Notes under the pieces: model-generated
What the model was told of the DNA's origin: nothing
The model's database searches: none
Seen by the model: the letters and a program-made list of their open reading frames with translations, nothing else
Source of the DNA: Podarcis gaigeae
Lineage: Eukaryota
Assembly: GCA_964106915.2 (NCBI GenBank)
Contig: OZ066916.1
Strand: one strand, 5' to 3'
Length of the DNA stretch: 64,000 nt
Position numbers and translations under genes: made by a program
In this document: positions 1 to 11,049 of the stretch, in pieces
Layout: each line of letters starts with the position of its first letter
Numbering within the stretch: position 1 is the stretch's first letter

Positions 1-34
1 AAACAGAAATACCACTGATATTCTAATAGAGCTG

Positions 35-830
35 TTATAAGAAATCGCTTCTCGGAAACGACCTCACAAATAGATATATCTTCAGGAACTGGTAGAATAC
101 CACCATTGCAGATGCCCACCATGTCTCTAAGGAGAGGTTATTCCACAGCATGGGGGCCACTGCAGAGAAACCCTTTCTCAGGTTACCACCAGATGCATTT
201 CTAATGGGCACAGTGAAATTGGAAGGGCATCCTCCTACTATCTCTGTGAACGGACTGAAATGTGCGGAAGGAAGGAAGCACTCTGTCAGAGATCCTGGTC
301 CTAAACATTTCAGGGCCTTACAAGTCAGTGACAAAACCTTACATTTGGTTCAGTAGTGAATTGGCAGCCAGTGCCTTTTAGCACAGATGCAATGTGGGGA
401 AGCTCCACTAAGTATCCTAGCTGCCACATTTTGCACTAGCTGCTGATTCCATACCAACTGTAAGGGCAGTTTCATATAGAGCACATTGCAATAATTCAAT
501 CCAGAGGCTACTATTAGTGCATGGGTGACTCTGTCCAGGAAAGAGCATAGCTGGTACACGAGCCAAAAGTGGTAACCAGCACTCTGGACCAGCAAAGTCA
601 CCTGAGCCTCCAGTGACAAAGATCAAGCAGCACCCCAAGCTATAAAACGTCTACTTCAGGGATGTGCAACTCTAGCCAGGCCCAGATCCATGAACCACTC
701 ACCTGCAGAGCCTCCATCTTGTTAGGATTCCACTCCAGCTTTTATTGGCCCTCATCCCACCCACCACCGCATCCAAGAACTGGCTCAGGACCTGCGCTGT
801 GACACCTGACTCAAATTAACAGAGAAACAG
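35..830 (-). mobile_element. Degenerate L2-clade LINE fragment (ORF2 C-terminal region)
   Basis: Minus-strand ORF pieces THALIVASGLNYCNVLYMKLP..QLVQNVAARILSG and KGFSAVAPMLWNNLS..FLKIYLF match the typical L2 ORF2 C-terminus; frameshifted; ends approximate. Confidence 0.8.
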
Positions 831-1419
831 GGCTGGGTGTCATCAGAATTCCAGGACTATAAACATAAATATGTAACTAGCAAGGTAGATTTCAAATGTC
901 ATGTCTGCAAGCTTTATTGGACTCTTATTTCTCCACAGAAATTTCATTTTTTAATGGGTATTATAGCATGTGATAATTGCATCTCAATGTCGCATTCAAG
1001 TTCTGAGTTCTTCCATGCAAAAATCAGGCAGTTAGACCATTGGTCACCAGTGTTTCTCAGCTTTTTCTCTCTATAATCTCCTAAGGCCACTTTTATAGTT
1101 CATTCACCTATAAGTTCTTTGAGAGTGAGCCAGTACTCATGTCATACTGTCAGGTGATCACAGAAACAGATAAACAAATTCTACTCACCTTTGCAATGCT
1201 TTTTGGTATGTGTTATTTCCAAAAGATTATAGTTTTGCAACATCACTAAGTGCTGAAATAAATCCCACTCTAGAGACAAAGTAGGGTGGGGGATCCCTTG
1301 CCTTTACATTGACTGCTTCCCTGTAATAACAGTGTAGGGCACTTTTGTATCAATCTGTTTTTCCTGTGTGAACGCATAAACTTATTTAAATGGTTTGACA
1401 TGTGCTCTTTTCCTTTCAG

Positions 1420-1539
1420 GTTATTGGAGTTATTAGCAAAGACATTATCCCCAAAGGAACACGCTTTGGACCCTTGGTTGGTGAAATCTATACCAATGGC
1501 ACAGTTCCTAAGGATGCAAACAGAAAGTATTTTTGGCGG
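1420..1539 (+). CDS. PRDM1: PRDM1 (Blimp-1) coding exon, PR/SET domain (human exon 3 equivalent, 120 nt)
   Basis: ttcctttcag|GTT...TGG CGG|gtaagt; encodes [24 protein letters not shown]...NRKYFWR. Confidence 0.97.
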
Positions 1540-2130
1540 GTAAGTAGGAAAAACGAATGGTTATGCGTAAATAGTTCGTTAAATAAGCATCACTGAAAAG
1601 AAACCACACTTCAGTATTGACACCTGCTTAAGTTGTGATGGTTGAGGTGGCAATATGTTAACAGAAATACAGCTGAACTGAGTGAACATACATTGAATGA
1701 AATACGACTGAGTGAACTGAGAATGATAGAAAGCATCTTTTTTATTTGTCCTACAATACTTCATTGTTAGATCAGATTTTTTTAAAGCTTGCTGATTCAC
1801 AATCCTATACAGTGCCAGTTGTTGTTTTTTTAAAATCATCTATCCCTTAATTTCACTATGAACCTTACCCTAGAATGTTTCTCAGACTAATTAGTAATAT
1901 TTCTCAATCTCATACTCTGTGATGAATTACGTTTTGAAGTTCTGAACTATTGTAATTGTCTTCCATTGCACAAGTTAGTAGGGCCACTTCCTAAAATGCT
2001 GCCAAGCCTGTTGTCTCAAGATGCCCTTATTTAAAAGTTGTGATAAAGGGAAATAGCACTTCCTGGCTGGAGTATTGGGCTTGGACACTCACTGACCAGA
2101 TAGTTTTGAGCAAGGCCCTGTCTCTTAATC

Positions 2131-2410
2131 CAGGGGAAGGCAATGTGGTGCCCTTCAGATATTGTTGGACTCCCATCTTCCAAGAGCTGCAGCCAGCATG
2201 ACCAATGATGGGAGCTGTAGTCTAACAATATCTGGAGACATAATGTAGGCTACACCTGTCTTCATCTAATTTACCTCACAGGATTGTTGTAAGGTTAAAA
2301 ATTCAGAAGTTATTGGACTACAACTCCCACCATCCATGACCACTGGCTATGCCAGGACTGATGGGAGTTAGAACGGAAACACATCAGAAAGCCAGACGTT
2401 CCCCATCCTT
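2131..2410. mobile_element. Two short hAT-like MITE remnants, the first interrupting a SINE remnant
   Basis: Recurring ggccct(t/c)cagat..ttggactacaactcccatc motif with inverted internal symmetry; the same family recurs near 18410, 23131, 36045 and 60883. Confidence 0.6.
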
Positions 2411-5233
2411 GGGCTAAAATATCAGATATGTGCCTCTGTAATGCCTTAGGCAAGATGTCACTTCTTAGCACAATAAATATTATAAAAAGAATTTAGCTTT
2501 TAAAAAACAACAACTCACATCATTCGTTTTTTTAAAAGCTGCAGGAAGAAAATTACCAAAGACACGAGTGTCTAATGTCAAAGCTGTCAGGTTTCTTCCA
2601 TTCTAGAGGCTTACTAAAGTATACCAACTTCAATCCACTTTACCCAACCCAATCCTTCAACAAAAGGGCTGCATTCCAAGTACAAATAAGTTTTAATTTA
2701 GGATTCAGGGTGGGGGATAGTTGCATAGCTTAAACCTTTGTGTGGCGGCAGCAGGAAACTGTCCTGCTGCATCTGAGTGTTTGCCACGTATCAGATCATT
2801 CCAACATCACATGTCATTCTGAAAGCTGGCCGTTTAAACATTGTTTCCATGTTTTCCTTTGTTACATCTTAATGATTCAATAGAAACAAGTGTGACTTGA
2901 TTCTCTGTTCTCCTTAACTATTAGTATTTTTTCAATAAAATACACTTTAAGGAATCTCATGCACTGGGAGATGCCAGTTGGCATCTGTCATCAAGTCCTT
3001 TCAGTACTCACATCAGGAGAACTAAAGAAGGGTGCAGAGCTGGCCCTACCATTAGACAGAGTAAGACAGCAGCCTTAGGCGGCAATTGCTAAGGGGCAGA
3101 GAGCAGTGGTGAGGTGTTGAAGGGTAGACTTTTGTATGCCATGCATCAGTACATGGAATGGAGTAGGGTGCCATTTTTTCCTTCATCTCAGGCAGGAAAA
3201 TATTGTGGCCTCACCCTAGAAACATGCATGCTTTCAGACTAGTCATTAGCACATTAAAGTAATTAAACAAATCTTGCAAGAGGATTCTGACTATGTAACA
3301 GGATGTTATTCCAGACTTTCATTGAGGAAGCTAACATCATGTTTGTGTTGTGTGCCTTCTGAAAAGTCTTGATATTTACTTTTGTTTATTCTTTTGCTTC
3401 ACACACTCTCCAAGTAGAAAAGGTTCTTTCCTAAGGGCCTGAAAACAGTCTTGCACATGCAAAGGAAATTGTGGAAGATAATTTCCCACATGTCATATAA
3501 AAGACATCCTGATTTGGCTGGCAGGAACAGGAACATCTGTTGTATGTAAGCATAAATGTTCCATTCAAAATATACCCTCTAAAAAGAGAAGGCATGAATA
3601 TGCTGTGCAAACTCCAGGGTGATGTCATTTCTTGTAATTGCTACAGTATGACTCAGCACATTTTTAATCTTCCACACGATACACGGAAATCTGGTGAGGT
3701 GGCAAAATAAAGTTTTATGAGGCCATTCGATCTTACTGCAGTGAGATGTGTGTGTTTTGAAGAAAACAATACAGTAAATTCTACTAGCTCTGGAAAGATG
3801 ACTGGAAGTCACTTGGTCTAACTTCGGAAAGTAGTTTCTATCTGTAATAGAAGTGTACATCAATGGAACTCAGTTCCTGGAAGCTTGCAAATCGGAGCTA
3901 ACAAACTCCTCTTGAGTGCATAATTCTTCAGGCTTTGTTCCATCTTTCTCATAACAAAAACACCGCAAAATCTCTCAAGCTTCTTTGATGAAGCCACATG
4001 TATTTCCTCAGCCTCAAATGACAGGAAGTAAGAAAGTGATTCTGGTGTTTACTGCCTGTGTTAAAAGGCCAGCTTTTGTTGCTGCTTTTTTTTTAATGAC
4101 TTCTCAGTCGATTCTTACATCAAACAGCATTCAGAAGAAATTGAACGTGCATGTCAAAAAGCACAGGGAAATGGTGCAACATTGCATTCGGACATGGGAA
4201 AACCAAACTGAAATTCTATCTCAGCCATTACACTAATCTATGACACTTAACTTACTTCATGGGGATTTTATTTTTAAGTAAAATGAAACAAGGATGCATA
4301 TTGTCACTGATCCAGAGCCCTTTGGAACAAGGCAGGAAAGAGGAAAAAATATTTCCTATTTGAACATGATGACTGGTGAAACTTTTTTTAAAAAAAACCC
4401 TCACAACCTTATAGTTACCAGTTAACTATAGTTAACTATGCCATAGTTTCAGTGGTAAACTGAAAGCAAGGTTACACTAGTCTACAGGTACAGCTTTGTC
4501 AGGGATTTTCTATATTCACTTTCATGTTCTCAGATGCACACTGGAAAACAAGGATATATCGAATCAGTACATTATTTGTTCTTCCATCACATGCTGTAGA
4601 GTTATATTTTCTCAAACATACCAGCTGAGAGAGAAAAATATTTCTCTTGCTGTCACAATCTGGCCCGCTTACATATCTCCTGTTAGATATACGAAATACA
4701 GTTCACTTTACCCCACCAGCCCTTTAACAAAAGGGCTACATTCCAAGTATGCTGAAGTGTCACTTTAGGACTTTGGGGTGGTTGATATTTGCGTAGCTTA
4801 AAGCTTTGGGTGGTGATGGTAGGAAACAGCAAGTAAAGAGGCCATAAGGGGGGGGGGGGCGGGAAGACAAGGGCAAGGAATTGGTTGTGACATAACCATG
4901 CTAATCAGTCTTTACAAAAGTGACTCACCACATTATTGCAAGCACACAGTCAGACCTTAAGTCAATAATACCACCCACTTGTTGACCAGCAGTCCAAGAG
5001 TCTTAAAGCAGAGGCACTGAATACTGAATTTTTAAGTAGCATGCTTTCATTTGAATGCTAAGCATCAAAATAACACATGGCATCAGAAAAAAGTTACAAA
5101 GCATATTCCATTTGGATGATCTCCTACATTCTATAAAGGGTACTTACCATCCACTAGTATATTTCATTGCCTTTTTTTAAAAAAGGGTTCTTTTCCATTT
5201 ATACCTTACATTTCTATCTTCCATTCTTTCCAG

Positions 5234-5483
5234 ATATATTCTGGTGGTGAGCTTCTCCACTTCATTGATGGATTTAATGAGGAAAAGAGCAATTGGATGC
5301 GTTATGTAAACCCAGCACATTCTGTTCAGGAGCAGAACTTGGCTGCTTGTCAGAATGGAATGGATGTCTACTTTTATACTATCAAACCCATACCACCTGG
5401 CCAGGAATTGCTCGTGTGGTATTGCCGGGACTTTGCGGAAAGGTTACACTATCCTTCCACTGGAGACCTGGTGATGAATATAA
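5234..5483 (+). CDS. PRDM1: PRDM1 coding exon, PR/SET domain (exon 4 equivalent, 250 nt)
   Basis: ttctttccag|ATA TAT TCT...AAT ATA A|gtaagt; [45 protein letters not shown]. Confidence 0.97.
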
Positions 5484-6894
5484 GTAAGTAGATTACAGCA
5501 GACTTACATGCAAATAATGTCTTTTGACAATGGGGTGTGTGTCTAAAATATGCATTATACCTGCAGAATGGGCCAAACTACACACAAAATTTATCATGAA
5601 GTTTGCTATAATTTAGGGCCTTGACACGAGAAGATAGTAGCTTTCCCCCCCTCTGCAAATTGAAGGCTGCAAATTGGGGGCCTCTACCTGGATCAGGACC
5701 ACAGGGATGACACCCTCCTGGTAACCAGAGTAGGTCACCCAGCACACTCATGGTGGGTCTAGATCATGGCCAAACACATCAGCAGAATTTGTTGTGAACA
5801 TAATTTGTTTCTAAATGGGTCATGAATGATGTAACGATAAACATCATCTCCATTCTTAGCTTGTCTGGAAATTCTTTTACCTCAGAACTTTTAGGTTCTC
5901 ATTCATCTCACAAAACAGGTGCCTTATTTAGAACAAAAATGTGAATCAGCATTATTAAAATCCACTACTCAAAATGTTCAGCAGCATTTACTCAAGAAAT
6001 TACTCTGCACGCCCACAGCTATTTTTCAAGGTCTCAGGGGAAAGAATTAGAATTAAATCTCTCAGACAACTACTAGGAGGTCCACAAAAGAAAGGTTCTT
6101 TAAACTAGATCTGGGCAGAAAATGATTCACTGTACATTTGCCATTTATGTTGTTTCATTGAGCACTAAGTGGCTATACTGGTAAAAATGCCCCTCAGATT
6201 GGGTGTAACTTGTGATGAAGATATGCTAACCTTACAGTTGATCTGTATGTATTCAGACAAGGAACAGCATTTTTTTGGCCTAGAGTGAAAACTCGTAGAA
6301 ACCATAGCTTAAATTTAGTTCATGAAGTCTGTGGAGTGCGGGAAACAGGTGCTTTTTATAGGCGAGGATGTAGGCTTAATAAGGATTTTTGCACAAATGA
6401 CGCTGAACTTTATGTTGTGAAGGGACCACAAAAGACTCACTTCAGTACTTCACTGCATGTAGCGTGAACATACTGGACCAGTATGTGAACCAGCAGAAAC
6501 GTGCTCCGGTTCCTGTAACTTATCTAAGAGTGTTGTGTTTCTCTCTGATATTTATCTTGGGGTAGGTGGGTGGGTGTGTATACCACCACCACCACCACCA
6601 CAAATGACAATTTTAACTTCTTGCCTTTCTGACAAGACTTTGCTAGAAGGCTGATAGGAGCATGGCAGACTGTCTGTCTAATAGCTCCACATCGACCACT
6701 CCATTCTTCTGCTATGCATGTGGGCATACACACATCACTTTTCATCTGTTCCTCTGATATGTTCCTCTGATTTTTTTTCTAAGTTGCTGGCTTAATGAAG
6801 AGCTAGCTGATCAAAAGCAATAAAATAAAATAAAATAGGAAGATAACTCCCCCCCCCCCAATGCCTCTAGGAAAATGTGGAACTAGCAAACTCT

Positions 6895-7030
6895 AGACCA
6901 AGTGTTGTGTAGTGGTTATAGTATTAGACTAGGGCATGCGAGATCAGGGGAGACCAAATCCCCACGCAATCTTGACGTTCATTGGATGAACTTGGGTCAG
7001 TCACTTATTGGCCCACAGGGTTGTTGTGTG
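6895..7030 (+). mobile_element. Degenerate tRNA-derived SINE (Squam3/MIR-like)
   Basis: gtgttgtgtagtggttatagtattagactag head, cttgggtcagtcac core and cacagggttgttgtg tail. Confidence 0.55.
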
Positions 7031-7988
7031 TATTACTAGGTATGAAGCCTAATTCAAAATGTTAGATTTTGGACAAGAGTAACAGTAACAACTGAATCAA
7101 GTAGTTCAATGCTACCCCTTTTGGGGTTATATATCACACTACATGTGTTAATTAGTTTACCTGTGACAATATATTTGAGAATGGTATTTTGGCTCACTAC
7201 AAGTTTTAATGTAGTTAGCAATGTTGAAGCAATTATCACCAATCTGCTACTGTAAAAGGTGTGCCTACTTAATATTTGTTTAAGCTCTGATTATCACTGA
7301 TTGTAATTTTTGCATCTTATTACCATTCAGCTCCCACCTTTCAATTTTCTCTTTTATGTATACCTGCCTAGTAAGATTTCATTTCCTGCATCTGAGGAAG
7401 TGGGTATGAGTCCACAGAAGTTCATGCCACAATAAATTTACAAAATTATTAGCTAAATCAACAAAGTCTTTAAGGAGCTACAATAGTCTTTTTTTGCTTT
7501 TAGTAGCACCTCTTGTGTGTCTCATCCATAGTTCTGTTATTCATGCTGATTGCAAGGCACTCAGTCACCTTTTAAAGTGATGAGTGTTGAAACTTGTTTG
7601 TTTTCGTTAGAAGCAGTCGAAGGAGCTGGAACAGCCAAATCCTTTTGCCTTAGAAAGGTATATAGTAAGCTGCCTTGTTATCTTCAAAGTATGCATCAGG
7701 TGCTACTGTGTTTTCTGTAATCAGTTTAATCCAGTAATATACAAGAAAGGTGAGACTAGAACAAATGTAGCAGAAATGAACCGACTGGATCATGATAATC
7801 ACACAGGATTTAATAAGTAGCTACTGAGTTTATTTCTGTTGAGTATAATGCTGTGCTAGTCCTCCCACCAATGCAAATACCTAGGAATGACTATTTATAT
7901 GTGTGTTTTAAGGCAGAGGCTAATGACCAATGTCTGTAAATTGTCTTTATTGGCCTTAAAAATTCATTGCCTTGTTTTTATATTTCAG

Positions 7989-9034
7989 CACAAAGCCATG
8001 TTAATCCAAAGCAGCCAGCTAATGACAAAGATGAACTTTATCTAAAAACTGTTCCCAGAAGAGAGCACAGTGTGAAGGAAATCCTGAAAACTGATTCCAG
8101 TAATCCCAAAGGAAAGGAATTATTTTATAGCCACATTTATCCACATACTCAAGAAAAAGACTTGGAGGGCTTGAGAAAAAATTGTAGTCCTGAAAAGCCT
8201 TTCTATCCTCGTATTGTCTACCCAATCCGACCGCCCATCCCTGAAGATTACCTGAAGGCTTATAGGATTGAGAGGCCAAGTTACATTGCCCACTCACCTA
8301 TCCAGTCTTCTACCACACCAAGCCCCTCAGCAAGAAGTAGTCCAGACCAAAGTTTGAAAAGCTCAAGCCCTCACAGCAGCCCAGTTACAGTCTCACCCCT
8401 AGCTTCTATGACTCAAGAGCACAGAGAACCTTATCCTTACTTGAATGGACTCTATAACTCAGAAGGATTAGGGGCATATTCTGGGTATGCACCTTCAAGC
8501 CATCTCCCACAAGCCTTTCCCTACCACAAATTTTTGTTACCACCATATGGCATGAGCATCAACAATTTCAACCTCTTTCCAAGGATGTATCCTTTCTACA
8601 GCAGCCTACTCAGTGGAGGAAGCATCCCCAATCATATGCTGAACTCCTCTCCAGGACTTCCAAGTTCCTTGCCATCTGATGGAAGCCGACAGCTGCTGCA
8701 ACCTGACCATCCAAGGGACTTCCTCATACCTGCACATAACAGTGCCTTCTCTATCACAGGGGCAGCTGCCAGTATGAAAGACAAGCCATGTAGCCCAACT
8801 AGTGGATCGCCCACAGCGGGCACAGCGGCCACTTCAGAACACATAATGCAACCTAAACCTACCTCAGCAGTGTTGGCTGCCACCAGCAGTGAAGAAGCCA
8901 TGAATCTTATCAAGAGCAAGCGAAACATGACTGGTTACAAAACCCTCCCATACCCACTGAAGAAACAGAATGGGAAAATAAAGTATGAATGCAATGTCTG
9001 CTCCAAAACCTTTGGTCAGCTCTCTAATTTGAAG
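7989..9034 (+). CDS. PRDM1: PRDM1 coding exon, Pro/Ser-rich region and start of zinc finger 1 (exon 5 equivalent, 1046 nt)
   Basis: tatttcag|CA CAA..TTG AAG|gtaggc; [58 protein letters not shown]. Confidence 0.97.
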
Positions 9035-9669
9035 GTAGGCCTTTGAAGGAAAATATCATTTCTAGACCTCATGGATAAACAAACAAACAAACAAACAAAA
9101 CCCCAAACCAATCTGGTTACTGTCTCTCTGGAAAGTCTTTCTTAAGCACCTGTTTCTTCTAGGCTTTAATCACCTATGTTGGTTTTAGTATAGTATCTTG
9201 ATATTGTAGTAATAACTTTTGAGGTTTGATAAACCTTTGAGGTTTAATTACCTTTTGACATTTTCAAATGATAACTCCCTGCAACAATTGAACAAGTTGA
9301 TTTTAGCATGTAGTGGACATAATCTTTTCATTCTCATTCCTTGTGGGGCTTTTGTTCTGATAACTGCTAAGTGAGAGCATCCATGGAATAGCCAGATTTA
9401 ATTTGTGTTCTTCGTTGGAACATCAATAAGTGTAAAATATCCCTAGAAACTTAGAGAACAGTTCCACTGCTGCATTTTTAAAAAACGTACTTTTTAGGGA
9501 GCCTTTTTTAAAGCCTATCCAAGTTAACTGTATATTGTGCAACTTTCGGCAAAAGTAATAAAAGCAACAGTGCCTGGTATTTTAGATACTCAATAATTAG
9601 ATTAGGATATCTAACACACTATCTTGGAAGCTATTACGAAAGTATAATAAATGTTCTGTTTCTTAAAAG

Positions 9670-9798
9670 GTTCACCTTCGAGTACACAGTGGAGAAAGAC
9701 CATTCAAATGTACTACTTGCAATAAAGGATTCACTCAGCTGGCTCACCTCCAAAAGCACTATCTGGTACACACAGGAGAAAAGCCCCATGAATGTCAG
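9670..9798 (+). CDS. PRDM1: PRDM1 coding exon, zinc fingers 1-3 (exon 6 equivalent, 129 nt; absent from ORF track)
   Basis: tcttaaaag|GTT CAC CTT CGA..TGT CAG|gtatgt; [43 protein letters not shown]. Confidence 0.97.
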
Positions 9799-10035
9799 GT
9801 ATGTCACAATTAGTATATAATGAGATCATGACTTGGGTGCAAAATAACATTGAGGCAGACTTGAGCACACGACTGGAACACACAACTGTTTGTTGCTGTC
9901 AGTTGTGGTTTTCTAAATGGAGATAAATGAAAAAGTAAAAAGACTGGATGACACTTTTTCAGAATTACTTATGCATTTTCAAAGAGCAAACTACCACCTT
10001 TCTTCTAAGGTTCTCATTCTCTCCTCCCTGATCAG

Positions 10036-10611
10036 GTCTGCCACAAGCGATTCAGCAGCACAAGCAACCTGAAGACCCACCTGCGGCTACATTCTGGAGA
10101 GAAGCCTTACCAGTGCAAGCTTTGCACTGCTAAATTTACCCAGTTTGTGCACTTGAAACTGCACAAACGGCTCCACACCAGAGAGCGCCCGCACAAGTGT
10201 ATCCATTGCCACAAGAGCTATATCCACCTTTGCAGCCTCAAGGTCCACCTGAAAGGCAACTGCCCTGTTGTCCCTGAACCCACCCTTTCGACAGAGGACC
10301 TCAACCGGATCAATGAAGAGATTGAGAAATTTGACATTAGTGACAGTGCAGACAGGCTGGACGATGTTGAGGACAACATTGACATGGCATCTATAGTAGA
10401 AAAAGAAATACTTGCTGTGCTTAAACGAGAGATGGAAGGAGCTACTCTTAAAGCATCGCTGCAGAGGAACCTGGGAAATGGGCTGGTTTCCTCAGGATGT
10501 AACCTTTATGAATCATCAGATATGTCAATTGTGAAGTTGCCTCAAGGTCATCCACTACCTCGGGTACCTATAAAGGTCAAGCAAGAAGCAGTTGAACCAA
10601 TGGACCCTTAA
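10036..10611 (+). CDS. PRDM1: PRDM1 last coding exon, zinc fingers 3-5 and acidic C-terminus
   Basis: ccctgatcag|GTC TGC CAC AAG; VCHKRFSSTSNLKTHLRLHSGEKPY..C2HC finger CIHC..HLKGNC..KVKQEAVEPMDP then TAA. Confidence 0.97.
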   Translation, partial: VCHKRFSSTSNLKTHLRLHSGEKPYQCKLCTAKFTQFVHLKLHKRLHTRERPHKCIHCHKSYIHLCSLKVHLKGNCPVVPEPTLSTEDLNRINEEIEKFDISDSADRLDDVEDNIDMASIVEKEILAVLKREMEGATLKASLQRNLGNGLVSSGCNLYESSDMSIVKLPQGHPLPRVPIKVKQEAVEPMDP

Positions 10612-11027
10612 ATGCTGTGGGGTGTGCGTGTGCGAGAGAGAAGTGAGTGTGTGTACACATGTGCATACTTACATGTGCATTCGTATGTATGGCAAAGTGG
10701 TTTGTGTTGTTGTTTTTTAATTTATGACTTGGCAAGTCAGGGTGCCTGTAGCAATTGCTTGTATATAGTGTCAATGCTGCAAAGCAATCTTGGCTTACAG
10801 TAGTTTATCTTACTCCATTTGAAAGAAGGAACTCCAAAGTTGTATTCTCAGGGCATGAAAAGAGGCAAGGACTGTGTATTACCTCTGCTACTTCCAAAAA
10901 AGACAATCTTTTATCCATAATCATTTTCCAGTAATAATTTATTATGCAATTTACCATTAACAAAGCAATAGATAGAAAATATTCGCAATGATAGGAAGTT
11001 TCATTATAAGGTTGAATATAAGTGTTC

Positions 11028-11049
11028 ATATATATATATATATATATAT
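11028..11049. repeat. (TA)n microsatellite
   Basis: Uninterrupted atatat run. Confidence 0.9.

Noticed and set aside
7400-7900. Exact Bach2 MARE or BCL6 site in PRDM1 intron 4
   Set aside because: Only partial matches (tgctgattgca, ttcgttagaa, cctaggaat); cannot be called without alignment.
8019-8928. Antisense ORFs over PRDM1 exon 5
   Set aside because: Shadow frames of the real coding exon.
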